From the IMG/VR virus record IMGVR_UViG_3300012359_000028, positions 1-64,000 of that record: 64,000 nucleotides of DNA, one strand, 5' to 3'. The notes below the pieces were generated by a model, which was not told where the DNA came from, searched no databases, and saw nothing but the letters and a program-made list of their open reading frames with translations. Source of the DNA: a virus. The first letter of the stretch is position 1. Each line of letters begins with the position of its first letter. Shown piece by piece: positions 28,651-39,430 of this stretch. The position numbers and the translations under genes were made by a program.

Positions 28651-30549
28651 ATGGCATTCAATGATTCTTCGGTCCCGGTTCTAAGTGGTATGGATACTAC
28701 GCCGCTTACCGGCCCAGAAGTTACGGATTCTGATGTTGTTCTACAACGCCGTGGAGCCGAGATAGCATCAAATCCAGCGAGTCAAGTCAATGCACCGGAG
28801 CCCGCTAATACTGGCGTTCCGGCAATGGCTGGCCTCACGATGGGCGGTCCTGCGCCAATGGCTCCACCTATCCCACCGGTAAACCCTGCTCGTCCATGGA
28901 TGAGTATACTACAGGGTGCTTTATGGGGATTGCAAGGGGCTTCCGCGAAGGCTCCAGGTCGTGGCGGCTTTGGGGCCGGACTCGGCATGGGCGTAGCTGC
29001 TGCGCAAGGGATGAAGTTTGCTAGTGTCAAAGCAGCGGATGATCATGTTCGCGCAATGAAAGAAGCGCAACTTATGGATTTGCAAACTCAGGAGGCGAAG
29101 TTGAGCCTCCAGATGCAATACCAAAACATTGCTGCTCTAAATAAATTGTTCAATCTTAAACCTGACGGAACTATTGCTGGAGCAACCTCGCAAGACATGA
29201 ATGCTCAAGCGGTCGGTGCTCATCAGACTATGGCTGCGGCATCTTCGGATGGTCAAACACTTCCACAAGTTCAGACCGTGAGTTCTCCATTTGGTCACGG
29301 CGATCAGCCTGACAAGCATGTCATCGATTATTACAATCCCCCGAGTGCTCAAGAGTTGCAGCAGAATCCAACTGGATTTCACGATCTTGTTGTTGAATCA
29401 TTTAGAGTTGATGGAAAAATCTTGACTGATCAAATGTGGCAGACTGCTGGCGGCGCTGTTAAAGTGGGCGAGAAGCCTAATGCCATCGGCATGTTGGTGC
29501 AACAACAAGAAGGTCAGGCACAGATGGTGCAGGATGCTTATAAGCGTCTCTATGCGCCCTTCGGTGGTAAAGAAATTGTTACAACTGGCTCACGTGAGCC
29601 CGCACAGATTACTTCTATGAATCAAGGTACATCGGCTTCGCTGCATCAACAGGCGGAAGCGTACGATAAATTGCCTGATTCGAATCCGACCATTTCTAAG
29701 ATATTGCACGGTCAAGCAGTCAATTTCGATTTTGCCGTGGAGAACGCCCGCAATCTTGCTACGCAGAAGAAAGGTGAAACGGTTACTTCATTGGCTCCTG
29801 CGGAAGCAGCGGCGGCCGGATTGAAGACTACTGCTGAAGAAGCGGCGAAGTTTGATCCGAATACGCCAGCCGGTCTCTTGAATATCCAAAAGGCCCAACA
29901 GGATTTGATCGACAAGAAATATGCAAATGCCGATAAGCGCCAGAGAACTTTGTTTGATGAAGGTAAGGCCCCCGATGGTGAGACCCTCAATTTGACTAAT
30001 GCTGCGCCTGAAATGTTGGTTGATCAGAAAACCGGTCAGCCGATTCCGACTAAGATGGTTTCGACAATGAAGCCGACTCAGCAGGAAAGTAATCGTGCTG
30101 ACTTTGCAAAGAGCACACTGCATATTCTTGATACTATAGATAAACTCCGTGCGCAAGGCAAAGTTCCGAACGGACCTATCACGGGCTTGACTGCAAAGCA
30201 TATGGCGGCAGTTGGTCTCGGTAGTGATAGTCAAGAGGCCCTCGATCTCATCGGCTTCGGCTCATCGGCCTCGACCGGAGCCCATGTCGGCGGTCGATTT
30301 AATCAAGAAATCATGAAAAAGATGGACACCATGTTGAATATCAATATGAATGATGCTCAATTCACTGGCGCTGAAAATGCCATCAGGGAAGTTATGACCC
30401 CCTATGCTACAAATGGTGGTCGTATGAGTGTGGCTGAGTTCAAGCAGAGTGCGATGGCTACACCTAAATATAGAAACGGAGTTAAAGGCCATATTATCGG
30501 TTTTGATAAGGACGGGCGACCGCAATGGGTTCCCGATCAGGCGCAATAA
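28651..30549 (+). CDS. internal virion / DNA ejection protein
   Basis: Gly/Ala hydrophobic segment then long Q/A-rich helices; ATG 28651 preferred over 28570. Confidence 0.6.
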   Translation: MAFNDSSVPVLSGMDTTPLTGPEVTDSDVVLQRRGAEIASNPASQVNAPEPANTGVPAMAGLTMGGPAPMAPPIPPVNPARPWMSILQGALWGLQGASAKAPGRGGFGAGLGMGVAAAQGMKFASVKAADDHVRAMKEAQLMDLQTQEAKLSLQMQYQNIAALNKLFNLKPDGTIAGATSQDMNAQAVGAHQTMAAASSDGQTLPQVQTVSSPFGHGDQPDKHVIDYYNPPSAQELQQNPTGFHDLVVESFRVDGKILTDQMWQTAGGAVKVGEKPNAIGMLVQQQEGQAQMVQDAYKRLYAPFGGKEIVTTGSREPAQITSMNQGTSASLHQQAEAYDKLPDSNPTISKILHGQAVNFDFAVENARNLATQKKGETVTSLAPAEAAAAGLKTTAEEAAKFDPNTPAGLLNIQKAQQDLIDKKYANADKRQRTLFDEGKAPDGETLNLTNAAPEMLVDQKTGQPIPTKMVSTMKPTQQESNRADFAKSTLHILDTIDKLRAQGKVPNGPITGLTAKHMAAVGLGSDSQEALDLIGFGSSASTGAHVGGRFNQEIMKKMDTMLNINMNDAQFTGAENAIREVMTPYATNGGRMSVAEFKQSAMATPKYRNGVKGHIIGFDKDGRPQWVPDQAQ

Positions 30550-30550
30550 A

Positions 30551-31843
30551 ATGCCACAACAGCAAACTCCTATTTCGGTAGATATGTCTGAACTGAGTGA
30601 TACTCCGCAAGCCCCGGAATCCAAACTTTCGGCTCCTCCGGCCAATACTGCGCAATCGGGCTCTGCTCTGATACCTGTGAGCATGCAGGAATTGAGTGAT
30701 ACGCCGGACCCGTTTTCGAGCGTTGGAGGTGTAGCTCATAAGACTTTGGCTGAACGATTTCGTGAAGGCCGTCCAGGATATCTCCCGCCTAATTCTGTAG
30801 GCCCCCAATTATCTATGGCCGAACAATTGAAGCGTGATCCTGGTATGCCGCTGCGGACTAAAATTCGAGAAATTGAAAACTACACTCAAGAAGGTCGCCA
30901 AGTTCATCCGATTCTGGCAACAGTTGGAGACTATCTCAAGAAAGTATTTGTTCCGGGTGCTGAAGTTCCGAACGATCTAGAACATCCTTTGGCCTCTCCA
31001 GTTCCTCCACCGCTTCCGGGTCTCTCTAGTGCATTAGAAGGTGCTTCAGCCGTGAGTACAGTGGCGAGTGCGGCACGGGCAGCAACGACTCCAGCGGCTG
31101 AAGCGCCGGGTGTAGTCTCCAAAATTGTAAAAGGTGCGAAGGTAGCGCAGCCTAAAGCGCAATCGGCTTTACGTGAGGCTGCTAGTGTGGCTTCTGAGTC
31201 TCCGACTGCTCAACCGATGAGTCTTCCGAGAATTTTGGAGCAACCGATTGACACAACTGAGGCTCAAGCTAAGAGTCTTTATTCAAAGATTGATGCTGCG
31301 GCCGGAACTGATATTAAGGCATTGCGCGAGAAATTGGGTAATACCGAATATCAGATTCGAAATCTGACAGACACTGAGGAAGATCGAGTCTTGGAAGCAC
31401 GTCTTGAAGCATCACGACAGGGCCTTCTCGATAAGATTGATACGGCTAAGCAAGATGCTATTAAGGCTGGAGTGGACCCGGCAACTCTTGATCAAGCGGA
31501 TGCAACATATGGAAAGGCTCAAGCGCTTCGAGAAGTCGAGAAAATTTTCAAGAACCCAAACAACATTTCAGGAAATGCTCGACTCGGCCAAGAAGAAATT
31601 ATCAACGTTGATCCCACAGTCAAGGCTCTTCAGAAACTTCAGTATGCTGACAAGTACGGCGGTTCTCGACTGGAGCAGGCTTTGGGCGAGCAGAATGCGA
31701 ATGCATTGCTCGGGAAACTTTATGAGGCTCAGAGACTTGGACAATCTGCTATAAGAGCGCGAAGAATTGCTGAATGGGTCGGTGCGGGAATACTAGCAGC
31801 CGGTCCAGTGATTGAGGGTACTAAAGTCCTGCTTTCGAAGTAA
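30551..31843 (+). CDS. internal virion / DNA ejection protein
   Basis: Helical and Ala-rich; repeated SMxELSDTP; hydrophobic C-terminus. Confidence 0.6.
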   Translation: MPQQQTPISVDMSELSDTPQAPESKLSAPPANTAQSGSALIPVSMQELSDTPDPFSSVGGVAHKTLAERFREGRPGYLPPNSVGPQLSMAEQLKRDPGMPLRTKIREIENYTQEGRQVHPILATVGDYLKKVFVPGAEVPNDLEHPLASPVPPPLPGLSSALEGASAVSTVASAARAATTPAAEAPGVVSKIVKGAKVAQPKAQSALREAASVASESPTAQPMSLPRILEQPIDTTEAQAKSLYSKIDAAAGTDIKALREKLGNTEYQIRNLTDTEEDRVLEARLEASRQGLLDKIDTAKQDAIKAGVDPATLDQADATYGKAQALREVEKIFKNPNNISGNARLGQEEIINVDPTVKALQKLQYADKYGGSRLEQALGEQNANALLGKLYEAQRLGQSAIRARRIAEWVGAGILAAGPVIEGTKVLLSK

Positions 31844-31848
31844 CCAAA

Positions 31849-34800
31849 ATGGCAAACGATCTAACTCCTACAACTGATCAGCAAGTCACGACACGGCCTG
31901 ATCAAACGTCTCCCGTGCCGTTACCTCCGGGCTTGCAACCTGATACTGCGCTGCAAGACTTTAGCGGATGGGATAAACTTGCAGTCAAACAAAATGAACC
32001 TACGCCCCCCGGCTGGAAAAATCTGGTATCCCCAGATGGAACATTGGCAATGCTTACGCCAAATGGCTCCCATTCCGGCGAGGTTCCGTTGCATAAAGTG
32101 CAGGCAGCCCGAGATTCCGGGTATCACATTGCAACCCCAATGAAGGCACCCGATCAACAAACTGGATGGGTTCCGTGGCATCGCGTCGGGGAGGCTCTCG
32201 ATTCTGGATTTCAACACCTAGCTGATTCTAACGCCATGCGTCGTCTTCAGGAATTGTTTGGACCGGGGCCACTTAAGCAAACTCAGATAGGTCGAGAACT
32301 CATTCAAGAAATTTCTTCTACAATCACTGATCCAACAAAGCGTAGCCAGTTTCTTGTTGGTTTGGTTCAACCTGGTGAATTGGGCGGCGGTGAGGCAATG
32401 GGCGAGGCTGCGGAGGCTCTAGGAAAAAAGCCGCAAACTCCGATATCTCCAGAAACAAAAGTTCCACGAACAATAGATGTGCAACCTGTTGCTCCGAATG
32501 TTTATGGGGCCGAGGCTTCGGCTGAAGGCAAAACATTTCTTTCGAAAGCGGCAAATGCATTTAATCAAGAGCAAGGTCGTTCACCAATCAATCCGACTCA
32601 TGTGGCGGAGGACCCGCGATCTTCTCAGATAGCTGATGCTTATAAAGCTGCAACCCATGCGCCGAATGATCCGACTGTTAAATCGTCGTATGATGCGTTG
32701 AAGTCCGATGTGGATAAGCAGTGGGATTTTGCTACGGATAAATTGGGCATCAAGGTTGATACATCCACGACAAATCCGTATGGCTTGAATGAGAAAATTC
32801 CGGCGCACGAAGAACTGCACAATGACGTTCTGAATAACAAGCACTTGACTGTGTGGACTGGCGGAGAGCCTCCGGCTGATCATCCATTATCCGAGATCGA
32901 TCCGAAGACCGGTTTGACATACAACACGAAATTCCGCGCAGTTCATGATATCTTCGGGCACTCAGCCGAAAAAACTGATTTTAGTCCGGCTGGTGAAGAG
33001 ACTGCTTGGAACTTGCATCGACAGATGTTCAGTCCCGAGGCTCGGCCAGCGTTAGCGACGGAGACCCGAGGACAGGCTGCATATACTTATAAGTATGGAG
33101 ATTTTCCTCCACAGAAAGCGGCACTTCTCCCCGAAGAATTTCATTTTCGTCCTGAAGATTTGAAAGGACCGATTATAGCTGCTACTCCTTCAGGAGAGGC
33201 TATGCATGTTCCTCCTCGAAACACTAAAGGACTCTCTGCAAATACGGTCAAAGCCATTGAGGCAGGCGGCGGTATTCCTGGTGGTCTTCAAAAGGGCGCT
33301 CCCGAGGAAGATATTCCAGACTATGCGATCTTTCATGATCCGAAGAGCGGTTCAAGTTTGATGTTACCAATGGATCAGGTTACGCCCAAAAATGTGATCG
33401 CGCATCTTGAGATAAGTCGTGCCCAGTATGCGGCAGCAGCGGCGAAGAATACTGCTCCCGCCCCTACTCCCGAACAAAACAAACCCTTACGTGGAACTGA
33501 ATCTTATCATCCTGATTTACAAGAATTCGTTCGGCAAACTAATTCTTTGGTAGACGATCCTTCGCGTATCACAAAACAGGCTGCATTCATCACGCCAGAC
33601 GGCCGCTTTAGTTATGTGCGCCCTGGAGAACAACACGCTGGCCCTATTCGTAAAGCAATGGCAAATGAATGGGACCCATCTGTTCTTGATCCTCGAATAG
33701 ATTTTATAAACCAGACGGGCGCAATTCGAACTCGATTTGGAACGGGACGGGAAGGTGAGACTCTTCATATCTCGGTGCCGAAGACTGGTGTTACTGATGA
33801 GCAAATTACGGCTATGCGGCAGTCGGTTGGACAATTGGGCCGGAACGCGAATCTTGTATTAGAGACTGCTGATAATCCGTCTCTAGTGAAAACGGCAACA
33901 AAAGAATTTGTACGTCCTTCGGATGTTGAGCCGATGCTGCGGGAAATCAGGGCACACCCAGAATCTAACGATGAAAGTAAAAATCTTTTGATGGAAGAAC
34001 GGCAGTCTCCATTGAAAGAACCTTATACGGCGCAAATTACGGATTCAACTGGAACTCATATAGAAACGATACCAGATTTTTCTTCAAAGGCAGCAATAAA
34101 TACGGCCTGGAAAAAGTTTCCTAACGCATCAACAGTATACGTTAAACCTTTTCCTGAAAATGTGGCTCCTTCCACTGAGTATTCTATTCCTACCGGCAAA
34201 CCATTGGCTATGAGTAAGTCGCTGCGTTCCGAGCAGGACACAATTCATCACGAACTTGGGCATGCGATGATTGGGGAGAAAGAAGGAATTATTCAAAACG
34301 GTATGATTCGCCATACTCACCCCAATGCAAGGTTTTCGACGCGGGCAGCAATCATTTGGGACGGACCAAGTTTAATGTACGGTGACCGAGTTAGGCCAGA
34401 TAAAGCCCCTAGTTTAGTTCGTACTTTTATGGGAGGGATTGCCCAAGATGAAATTCTGGGATATTCTCGTGAAGAAAACCATAATTTTCAACTAGGTCGC
34501 AAAGGCAGTGATGGGTACGAGGCTTTGCATATTTTGCTCGATGCAGGCGAACCTATGGATCGAGCCGTTGAGATTCTTCATCAAGCAATCGACGAAAATA
34601 AAAAATACTTGACTCAGCCAGCGGTTGCAGATATAATCAAAGAAAACGCGCCCTTCCGAGAATCAAATCTTTCGAGGCAGTATCATTTTAGTCCCAATCG
34701 GATTAGGAATATGCACGCGGAAGCGCAAAGGAGAATGAATGTTGAACCAACGGAAGCTGGAGCGGAGCCTAACAACCAAACAACTAATGGAGAAAACATC

Positions 34801-36294
34801 CCAGGACGTGCAGCAGATGTCGCCGGAGGAAAAGGCGAAGCTGCGGCAGGGTCTGGACAAGGCATTCCCGCCCAAAAAGAAATAACGACAAAAGACTTGA
34901 CTGCTCCAGGCCAATCTCATTGGGGTGATACTGCGGACCTTCTGGCCTCACGACCAGATGGCGGAGCTATTGATCCGAAAACTGGTAGTGAGGACGCAAA
35001 AGGATTCGGCGCTGAAGTGCTTCCTGAAGAGCGGCAGAGGATCGATCACCAGCCAACTGCGGTAGACCTGCAAGGTTATTATGAGCAGCATAAGGATGTT
35101 TTTGATAAGCATCCTGAATTGCGTATTGGATGGTATCAGGACCCCGAGAAGGGTTGGGAATTGAATATCGGCGCATCAACTCAGTCTCGTGAGGGCGCGG
35201 AGTGGGTTGGTCGCAAATTAGACCAGAAGGCAATTTATGACATTGAAAAAGGCCAGGTTATTGATACAGGCGGCCAAAATCAGAGGACCACATTCGGCCG
35301 TTATCCTTTGGAGCAGAGATTAGAAGATTTGTCCGGCCGGGGGTTTAAGGAAATGCAAACGGCGTATCCGACGCAGCCTGAGATGCGTTCTATGATTCGG
35401 GCTGGACAAGTTGCGAAATCATGGTGGCAAAATTCTCGTGATGCAATGAGTCTTCTCACCAATTCAGACCCTGAAGCTGCACATGATCTCGGACAATTTC
35501 TAACAGCAGTTAGTTCAAATAAGGGGAATGATTTGGCGCTGCGCTTGGGCTTGAAAATTTATACCGATTGGATTGAGGCCGGAAAGCCTAATGCGCCGGG
35601 CGCGATTTCAGATATTGCGGAAAAGGCTCAGCAGGCTTTGAGAGAATCAGATGAAGGAATGTCTTTATTTGGTTCTTTGCTCTCGCCAGAGAAAGCACAA
35701 TCAATGATGCCGGTTGACAAAATGATGCTTGAGCGCTATGTCGGCGGTCAATCATTTTATCATCCTGAAGATTTACGCGCCGCAAAGATTGCTAACATGG
35801 GTTTGACTATGGGCGGTGATCCGTGGGCCGGAGTTTTGGATCGTCATACCGGCCGAACCATGGCCTATGGCGAGGAATTGCAGCCGACGGCTAAGTCATA
35901 CTTCGCCATGAAAGAATGGCTACGTAAAGCATCCCAAGCTGAGGATATGACTCTGGAAGAGGGACAAGCCGCGAATTGGGTTGTAGGACGATTACTGAGC
36001 CCCGATCTGTCCTTGACAGATAAGCAGATTCTTGCTAAGATCAAATCAGGGAATACGCTGAAAGAAGGAGAAACTTATGCCAATATCATCCTCAATGACC
36101 CCAAAGTCAATCGCCTCGCCCGAGAAGTCATTGCCAAGTTTGGAGGCACTCCAGACGAAGTTTTTGCAGACCTCCGCAAAATCACCGAGCAAGGAAAGTC
36201 CAGACTCCTCGAAGGATCGAAAAAAGAAGCATCTAACCCAACTCTTAAATCTTATCTTGGGCGAGCCGTCAAAGGCCGAGACGCCGGAAAGTAA
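31849..36294 (+). CDS. large multi-domain (polyvalent-type) internal virion protein
   Basis: 1481 aa, last late gene; FRAVHDIFGH...GEE domain, FITPDG...H domain, HHELGH zincin/M41-like peptidase motif, C-terminal glycosylase-like helical region (VLDRH...QAANW). Confidence 0.7.
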   Translation: MANDLTPTTDQQVTTRPDQTSPVPLPPGLQPDTALQDFSGWDKLAVKQNEPTPPGWKNLVSPDGTLAMLTPNGSHSGEVPLHKVQAARDSGYHIATPMKAPDQQTGWVPWHRVGEALDSGFQHLADSNAMRRLQELFGPGPLKQTQIGRELIQEISSTITDPTKRSQFLVGLVQPGELGGGEAMGEAAEALGKKPQTPISPETKVPRTIDVQPVAPNVYGAEASAEGKTFLSKAANAFNQEQGRSPINPTHVAEDPRSSQIADAYKAATHAPNDPTVKSSYDALKSDVDKQWDFATDKLGIKVDTSTTNPYGLNEKIPAHEELHNDVLNNKHLTVWTGGEPPADHPLSEIDPKTGLTYNTKFRAVHDIFGHSAEKTDFSPAGEETAWNLHRQMFSPEARPALATETRGQAAYTYKYGDFPPQKAALLPEEFHFRPEDLKGPIIAATPSGEAMHVPPRNTKGLSANTVKAIEAGGGIPGGLQKGAPEEDIPDYAIFHDPKSGSSLMLPMDQVTPKNVIAHLEISRAQYAAAAAKNTAPAPTPEQNKPLRGTESYHPDLQEFVRQTNSLVDDPSRITKQAAFITPDGRFSYVRPGEQHAGPIRKAMANEWDPSVLDPRIDFINQTGAIRTRFGTGREGETLHISVPKTGVTDEQITAMRQSVGQLGRNANLVLETADNPSLVKTATKEFVRPSDVEPMLREIRAHPESNDESKNLLMEERQSPLKEPYTAQITDSTGTHIETIPDFSSKAAINTAWKKFPNASTVYVKPFPENVAPSTEYSIPTGKPLAMSKSLRSEQDTIHHELGHAMIGEKEGIIQNGMIRHTHPNARFSTRAAIIWDGPSLMYGDRVRPDKAPSLVRTFMGGIAQDEILGYSREENHNFQLGRKGSDGYEALHILLDAGEPMDRAVEILHQAIDENKKYLTQPAVADIIKENAPFRESNLSRQYHFSPNRIRNMHAEAQRRMNVEPTEAGAEPNNQTTNGENIPGRAADVAGGKGEAAAGSGQGIPAQKEITTKDLTAPGQSHWGDTADLLASRPDGGAIDPKTGSEDAKGFGAEVLPEERQRIDHQPTAVDLQGYYEQHKDVFDKHPELRIGWYQDPEKGWELNIGASTQSREGAEWVGRKLDQKAIYDIEKGQVIDTGGQNQRTTFGRYPLEQRLEDLSGRGFKEMQTAYPTQPEMRSMIRAGQVAKSWWQNSRDAMSLLTNSDPEAAHDLGQFLTAVSSNKGNDLALRLGLKIYTDWIEAGKPNAPGAISDIAEKAQQALRESDEGMSLFGSLLSPEKAQSMMPVDKMMLERYVGGQSFYHPEDLRAAKIANMGLTMGGDPWAGVLDRHTGRTMAYGEELQPTAKSYFAMKEWLRKASQAEDMTLEEGQAANWVVGRLLSPDLSLTDKQILAKIKSGNTLKEGETYANIILNDPKVNRLAREVIAKFGGTPDEVFADLRKITEQGKSRLLEGSKKEASNPTLKSYLGRAVKGRDAGK

Positions 36295-36302
36295 GTAGAA
36301 TT

Positions 36303-36482
36303 TTACTTCTTCGCCTTCTTGTCTGATACATTCTCTTCAACCGTGAATCCTTCCCGTTTGAATTTCTCAGGATCAAACCCCTCGAATGCTGCATCCCATT
36401 TTTCTTGAGTGATCTTTCCATTGCTCATGCCAAATGCTGCACTGCTTGCGCCTCGGGCTAAACGATCTCCGTATCCTTCCAT
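36303..36482 (-). CDS. small hypothetical protein (59 aa, not in ORF track); last gene of the early arm
   Basis: GGAGG RBS, MEGYGDRLARG...KKAKK*. Confidence 0.6.
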   Translation of the reverse strand: MEGYGDRLARGASSAAFGMSNGKITQEKWDAAFEGFDPEKFKREGFTVEENVSDKKAKK

Positions 36483-36613
36483 TATTTCCTCCTTCGAAAT
36501 GATTCAAATTTCTGGCGGCCCAGGTGGTACCGTGCTGAAGTAGACCGTGATCAGTGCGATAACGGCTGCGCCGAGTACGATACCCATTAAGAATGATTGT
36601 AAATCGAAATGGT

Positions 36614-37039
36614 TCATGGCCGGGTAGGACCGCCTTCGAGTATTTCCCTATGATGAGTCAGGGTAACCCAACCACCACCAGGGAAAATTTCCTGCCAGTA
36701 ATTGGCCCAGGGGCCTCGAAAAGAAAGGACCCATGTGTTTCCGGCGCTCTCTACTTTGTGATAGTTCTCACGCTCTGTGAAAATAGGCTTGAAACTGGGT
36801 CGGTAAACAGTCTTTATGGTTATGTCATCTAATCTATATGGATTGATGAGACGGTTTTCGGTCAGTTTTCCGCGTAGCACCCAGGAGATGCTATTGAATG
36901 CATGCGAATGGTATGCTTCCCGTGAGCCGTCCTTGAAATGAAGCAGGACAATCGAGAACAATTTTTTCCATTCAATCAACCAGTAGCCCCAGACTCGTGA
37001 CTCAGGCCCGCCGTCCTTCATCTTCGAGAAGATTTTCAT
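36614..37039 (-). CDS. cupin-fold protein
   Basis: YHSHAF..ISWVLRG..E and YHKV...W.L...GP motifs; AAGGAG RBS before ATG 37039. Confidence 0.65.
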   Translation of the reverse strand: MKIFSKMKDGGPESRVWGYWLIEWKKLFSIVLLHFKDGSREAYHSHAFNSISWVLRGKLTENRLINPYRLDDITIKTVYRPSFKPIFTERENYHKVESAGNTWVLSFRGPWANYWQEIFPGGGWVTLTHHREILEGGPTRP

Positions 37040-37196
37040 AGCGTTGTTTACACTCCTTTTTGTGTTCGTCATAAAAGAACGTTCGGATATTCGTTCGGCA
37101 GTACGGACAGCGATTGCAACAGGGCATTAAGTGATTGAGAAGGCCGCTATGGCATCTGCAACGGCATTCCTCACCTGAAGTGCGACAGTCAATCAT
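37002..37196 (-). CDS. small Cys/His-rich protein
   Basis: C.C.CH...CC..CPYC...H..EC; ATGA coupling. Confidence 0.55.
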   Translation of the reverse strand: MIDCRTSGEECRCRCHSGLLNHLMPCCNRCPYCRTNIRTFFYDEHKKECKQRYENLLEDEGRRA

Positions 37197-37543
37197 AGTT
37201 CGACTCCGTGCCTCTTAGCAATTTGTTTCAGAATGTTAATGGCGATTTGCTCAGGGTAAAACGGTCCCGCGTCTTCTTCACGAGTGTCTTCATCAAAACC
37301 TCCAAAATCTCCGGCGGTCTTGAGTGCGTGCTTTATGTCATTCAGCATTTCTGTGATCGGGTCTGGCGCGCTTAAAAATTTCTCGATATTTTCGGCTAGT
37401 AAAAAGCGTCTCTGCTCCGGCCCTTCGAGTTCTCCAGACCGACGACTAGCGCCGATGCCCGGAACGGTACCGTCTTCACGCTTCAAATACTGGAGCGTTT
37501 CCTTGAGAAGTCCGTTCGCACTTAATACGTTGTATGATGACAT
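37193..37543 (-). CDS. hypothetical protein
   Basis: GGGAG RBS before MSSYNVL. Confidence 0.55.
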   Translation of the reverse strand: MSSYNVLSANGLLKETLQYLKREDGTVPGIGASRRSGELEGPEQRRFLLAENIEKFLSAPDPITEMLNDIKHALKTAGDFGGFDEDTREEDAGPFYPEQIAINILKQIAKRHGVEL

Positions 37544-37811
37544 CGGTATCTCCCATGCTGTGACCGGTTCCATCTGGCAAGCACCATCCGGTACCGATGC
37601 CATTTATGAACCGGTAGTCGAGTTTTCCTGCATAAATATCGTCCTCTTGCTGCTGAGTCATTATGACTCCGGGACAATCAGTCGGTAGAGTTCCTTCAAA
37701 TCCATGACAGACTGTACAATAGCCGAGATTACCGTCACAGAATAGGCAACTGCGGGCGTAATCTCCGTTATCATGATGACCCGGAGGACATGAGTACCAT
37801 GTATGTTTCAT
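37476..37811 (-). CDS. Cys-rich hypothetical phage protein
   Basis: CLFC...CTVC...EGTLPTDCPG motif; GAGG RBS. Confidence 0.6.
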   Translation of the reverse strand: MKHTWYSCPPGHHDNGDYARSCLFCDGNLGYCTVCHGFEGTLPTDCPGVIMTQQQEDDIYAGKLDYRFINGIGTGWCLPDGTGHSMGDTDVIIQRIKCERTSQGNAPVFEA

Positions 37812-38167
37812 GTTGTCCTCGAATAATAGTCTCCGCGAAATGCCTTCTTTGTCTGTGCTCCAAAGTAGGATTCGGTAACTTTTCACGGTACGATGACCAG
37901 CTTCAGAATATCGATGAGCGCGCCGAGAATTCTATGCTGTCGTTCTAGCTCTCCATTAGAATGAAGATCGGCGCTGAGTCCGGTAATGCCTAGAAGTTTT
38001 AAGGCAGCCAGTTCTTGTTCGTTCGTCGGTTCGAATGTAAGTTTAACCTTCATTGAAGTTTCCCTCCGTGTTTCGTCACCTCTCCGTCAGTCACTCGTTC
38101 AGCCGACGGTTTGTGCGGTGAACACTCTTCATAACTACAATCCAGTTGATCGCCCTCGTTAACAAAA

Positions 38168-38509
38168 TCAAAAAAGTCTTTGCTGGTATGATCGCATTCG
38201 CGGACGTTCTATGCGGTCCCAATAGACAATTTTCACCGGATCATCATCGATATCACCAAGGACTTCGACAAGAAACATTGAACCGCAGCCTTCACACGTC
38301 ACTACTCGACCGACACCGCCCTCGGGTCCGAACTGGAAGGTGGTACCTTTGCAGTCTGGACAATGACCGGAATTCATCAAGGCTGCATCACCGTGCGTCG
38401 GGCAGCTTGACTCACGGCTAAGGAGAACGTTATGGATGCCTACAAGGTTACTCAGTACGCAGGTGCATGCTGGCTTGAACTTTAGCACTGTCTTGAGCCA
38501 CTGGAACAT
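38168..38509 (-). CDS. zinc-ribbon protein
   Basis: CPDC...GP.GG....CEGC; GGAGG RBS. Confidence 0.6.
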   Translation of the reverse strand: MFQWLKTVLKFKPACTCVLSNLVGIHNVLLSRESSCPTHGDAALMNSGHCPDCKGTTFQFGPEGGVGRVVTCEGCGSMFLVEVLGDIDDDPVKIVYWDRIERPRMRSYQQRLF

Positions 38510-38849
38510 TGATTACCTCCCTTAAGAGTTTCTCACGCTCTTTTTGAAGTTCGATTCCTCGTTCCCACAACCGATTCCATTCAGCAATGCCCCAGACACT
38601 ATCATTGAATGTGAATTCCATTCGAGACATAGCAGCTTCAATCCATTCAATATCGATAGCATCAAGACGTTTACGTTGTGTTGGACTTAGCATTATCATT
38701 CCTTTCGACAACAGAGGATTGAAGATCAAGGGCGTAGTCCACAAACTGTACATCAATCCATTTGCCGGATGGATGCACACTGCGAACGGTGCCCTTGACC
38801 AGAACAGAGTCTCCGCGTTGCAGTTCTTTTGCTTTGGCCGGAGTCATTG

Positions 38850-39086
38850 CTATGCCTTTCGGTTTTTCTTGGGCTTTCTAGTGACAACACGCAAATTTTC
38901 CGAGTCAACGTACCAGTGGCCGGTACCGTCGATTTCTCCACCATGACCTTCTTTCCACCGAGGAAAGAAAATTAGGGCAGCACCATTTTCATCGATAGAT
39001 ATAACTTTCCCAATCCGACCAGCAACTTCTGTTGAATCGCCAGTACCGTTTTTTATAACTCTGACCTGAGTTCCGATTTTAAGCAT
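38850..39086 (-). CDS. small SH3-like hypothetical protein
   Basis: KIGTQVRV...GRIGKV pattern. Confidence 0.55.
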   Translation of the reverse strand: MLKIGTQVRVIKNGTGDSTEVAGRIGKVISIDENGAALIFFPRWKEGHGGEIDGTGHWYVDSENLRVVTRKPKKNRKA

Positions 39087-39369
39087 TACGCACCTTCCGG
39101 CCGATTTTGCGAGCCATGACGAACCGCGTCGGAGTGATACCGAGCCAACGAATGATCTTCTTACTATTGGCGCGGCTGAACGTATGGCAGCCTAGATTTA
39201 ACCTGCCGTTTTCCATGTAAACGGGGATTTGATATGCGAGGCTCAAATCCGAAACGTAATTGAGATTGAGGTCATAGGTGATATGGTCGGTTTCCAGATA
39301 CTTCAAAAGAGACGCCCTGGTTCCATTACGGGTAGCATATCGCTCGCCATCCGTGTTACGAGTTTTCAA
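39079..39369 (-). CDS. hypothetical protein
   Basis: ORF in the early array, overlapping its neighbour. Confidence 0.45.
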   Translation of the reverse strand: MKTRNTDGERYATRNGTRASLLKYLETDHITYDLNLNYVSDLSLAYQIPVYMENGRLNLGCHTFSRANSKKIIRWLGITPTRFVMARKIGRKVRNA

Positions 39370-39430
39370 AAACCTAAGTACATCACCATCTACGTCGGGT
39401 ATTTAACTTCATTTTCAGTCTCCTTTATGA

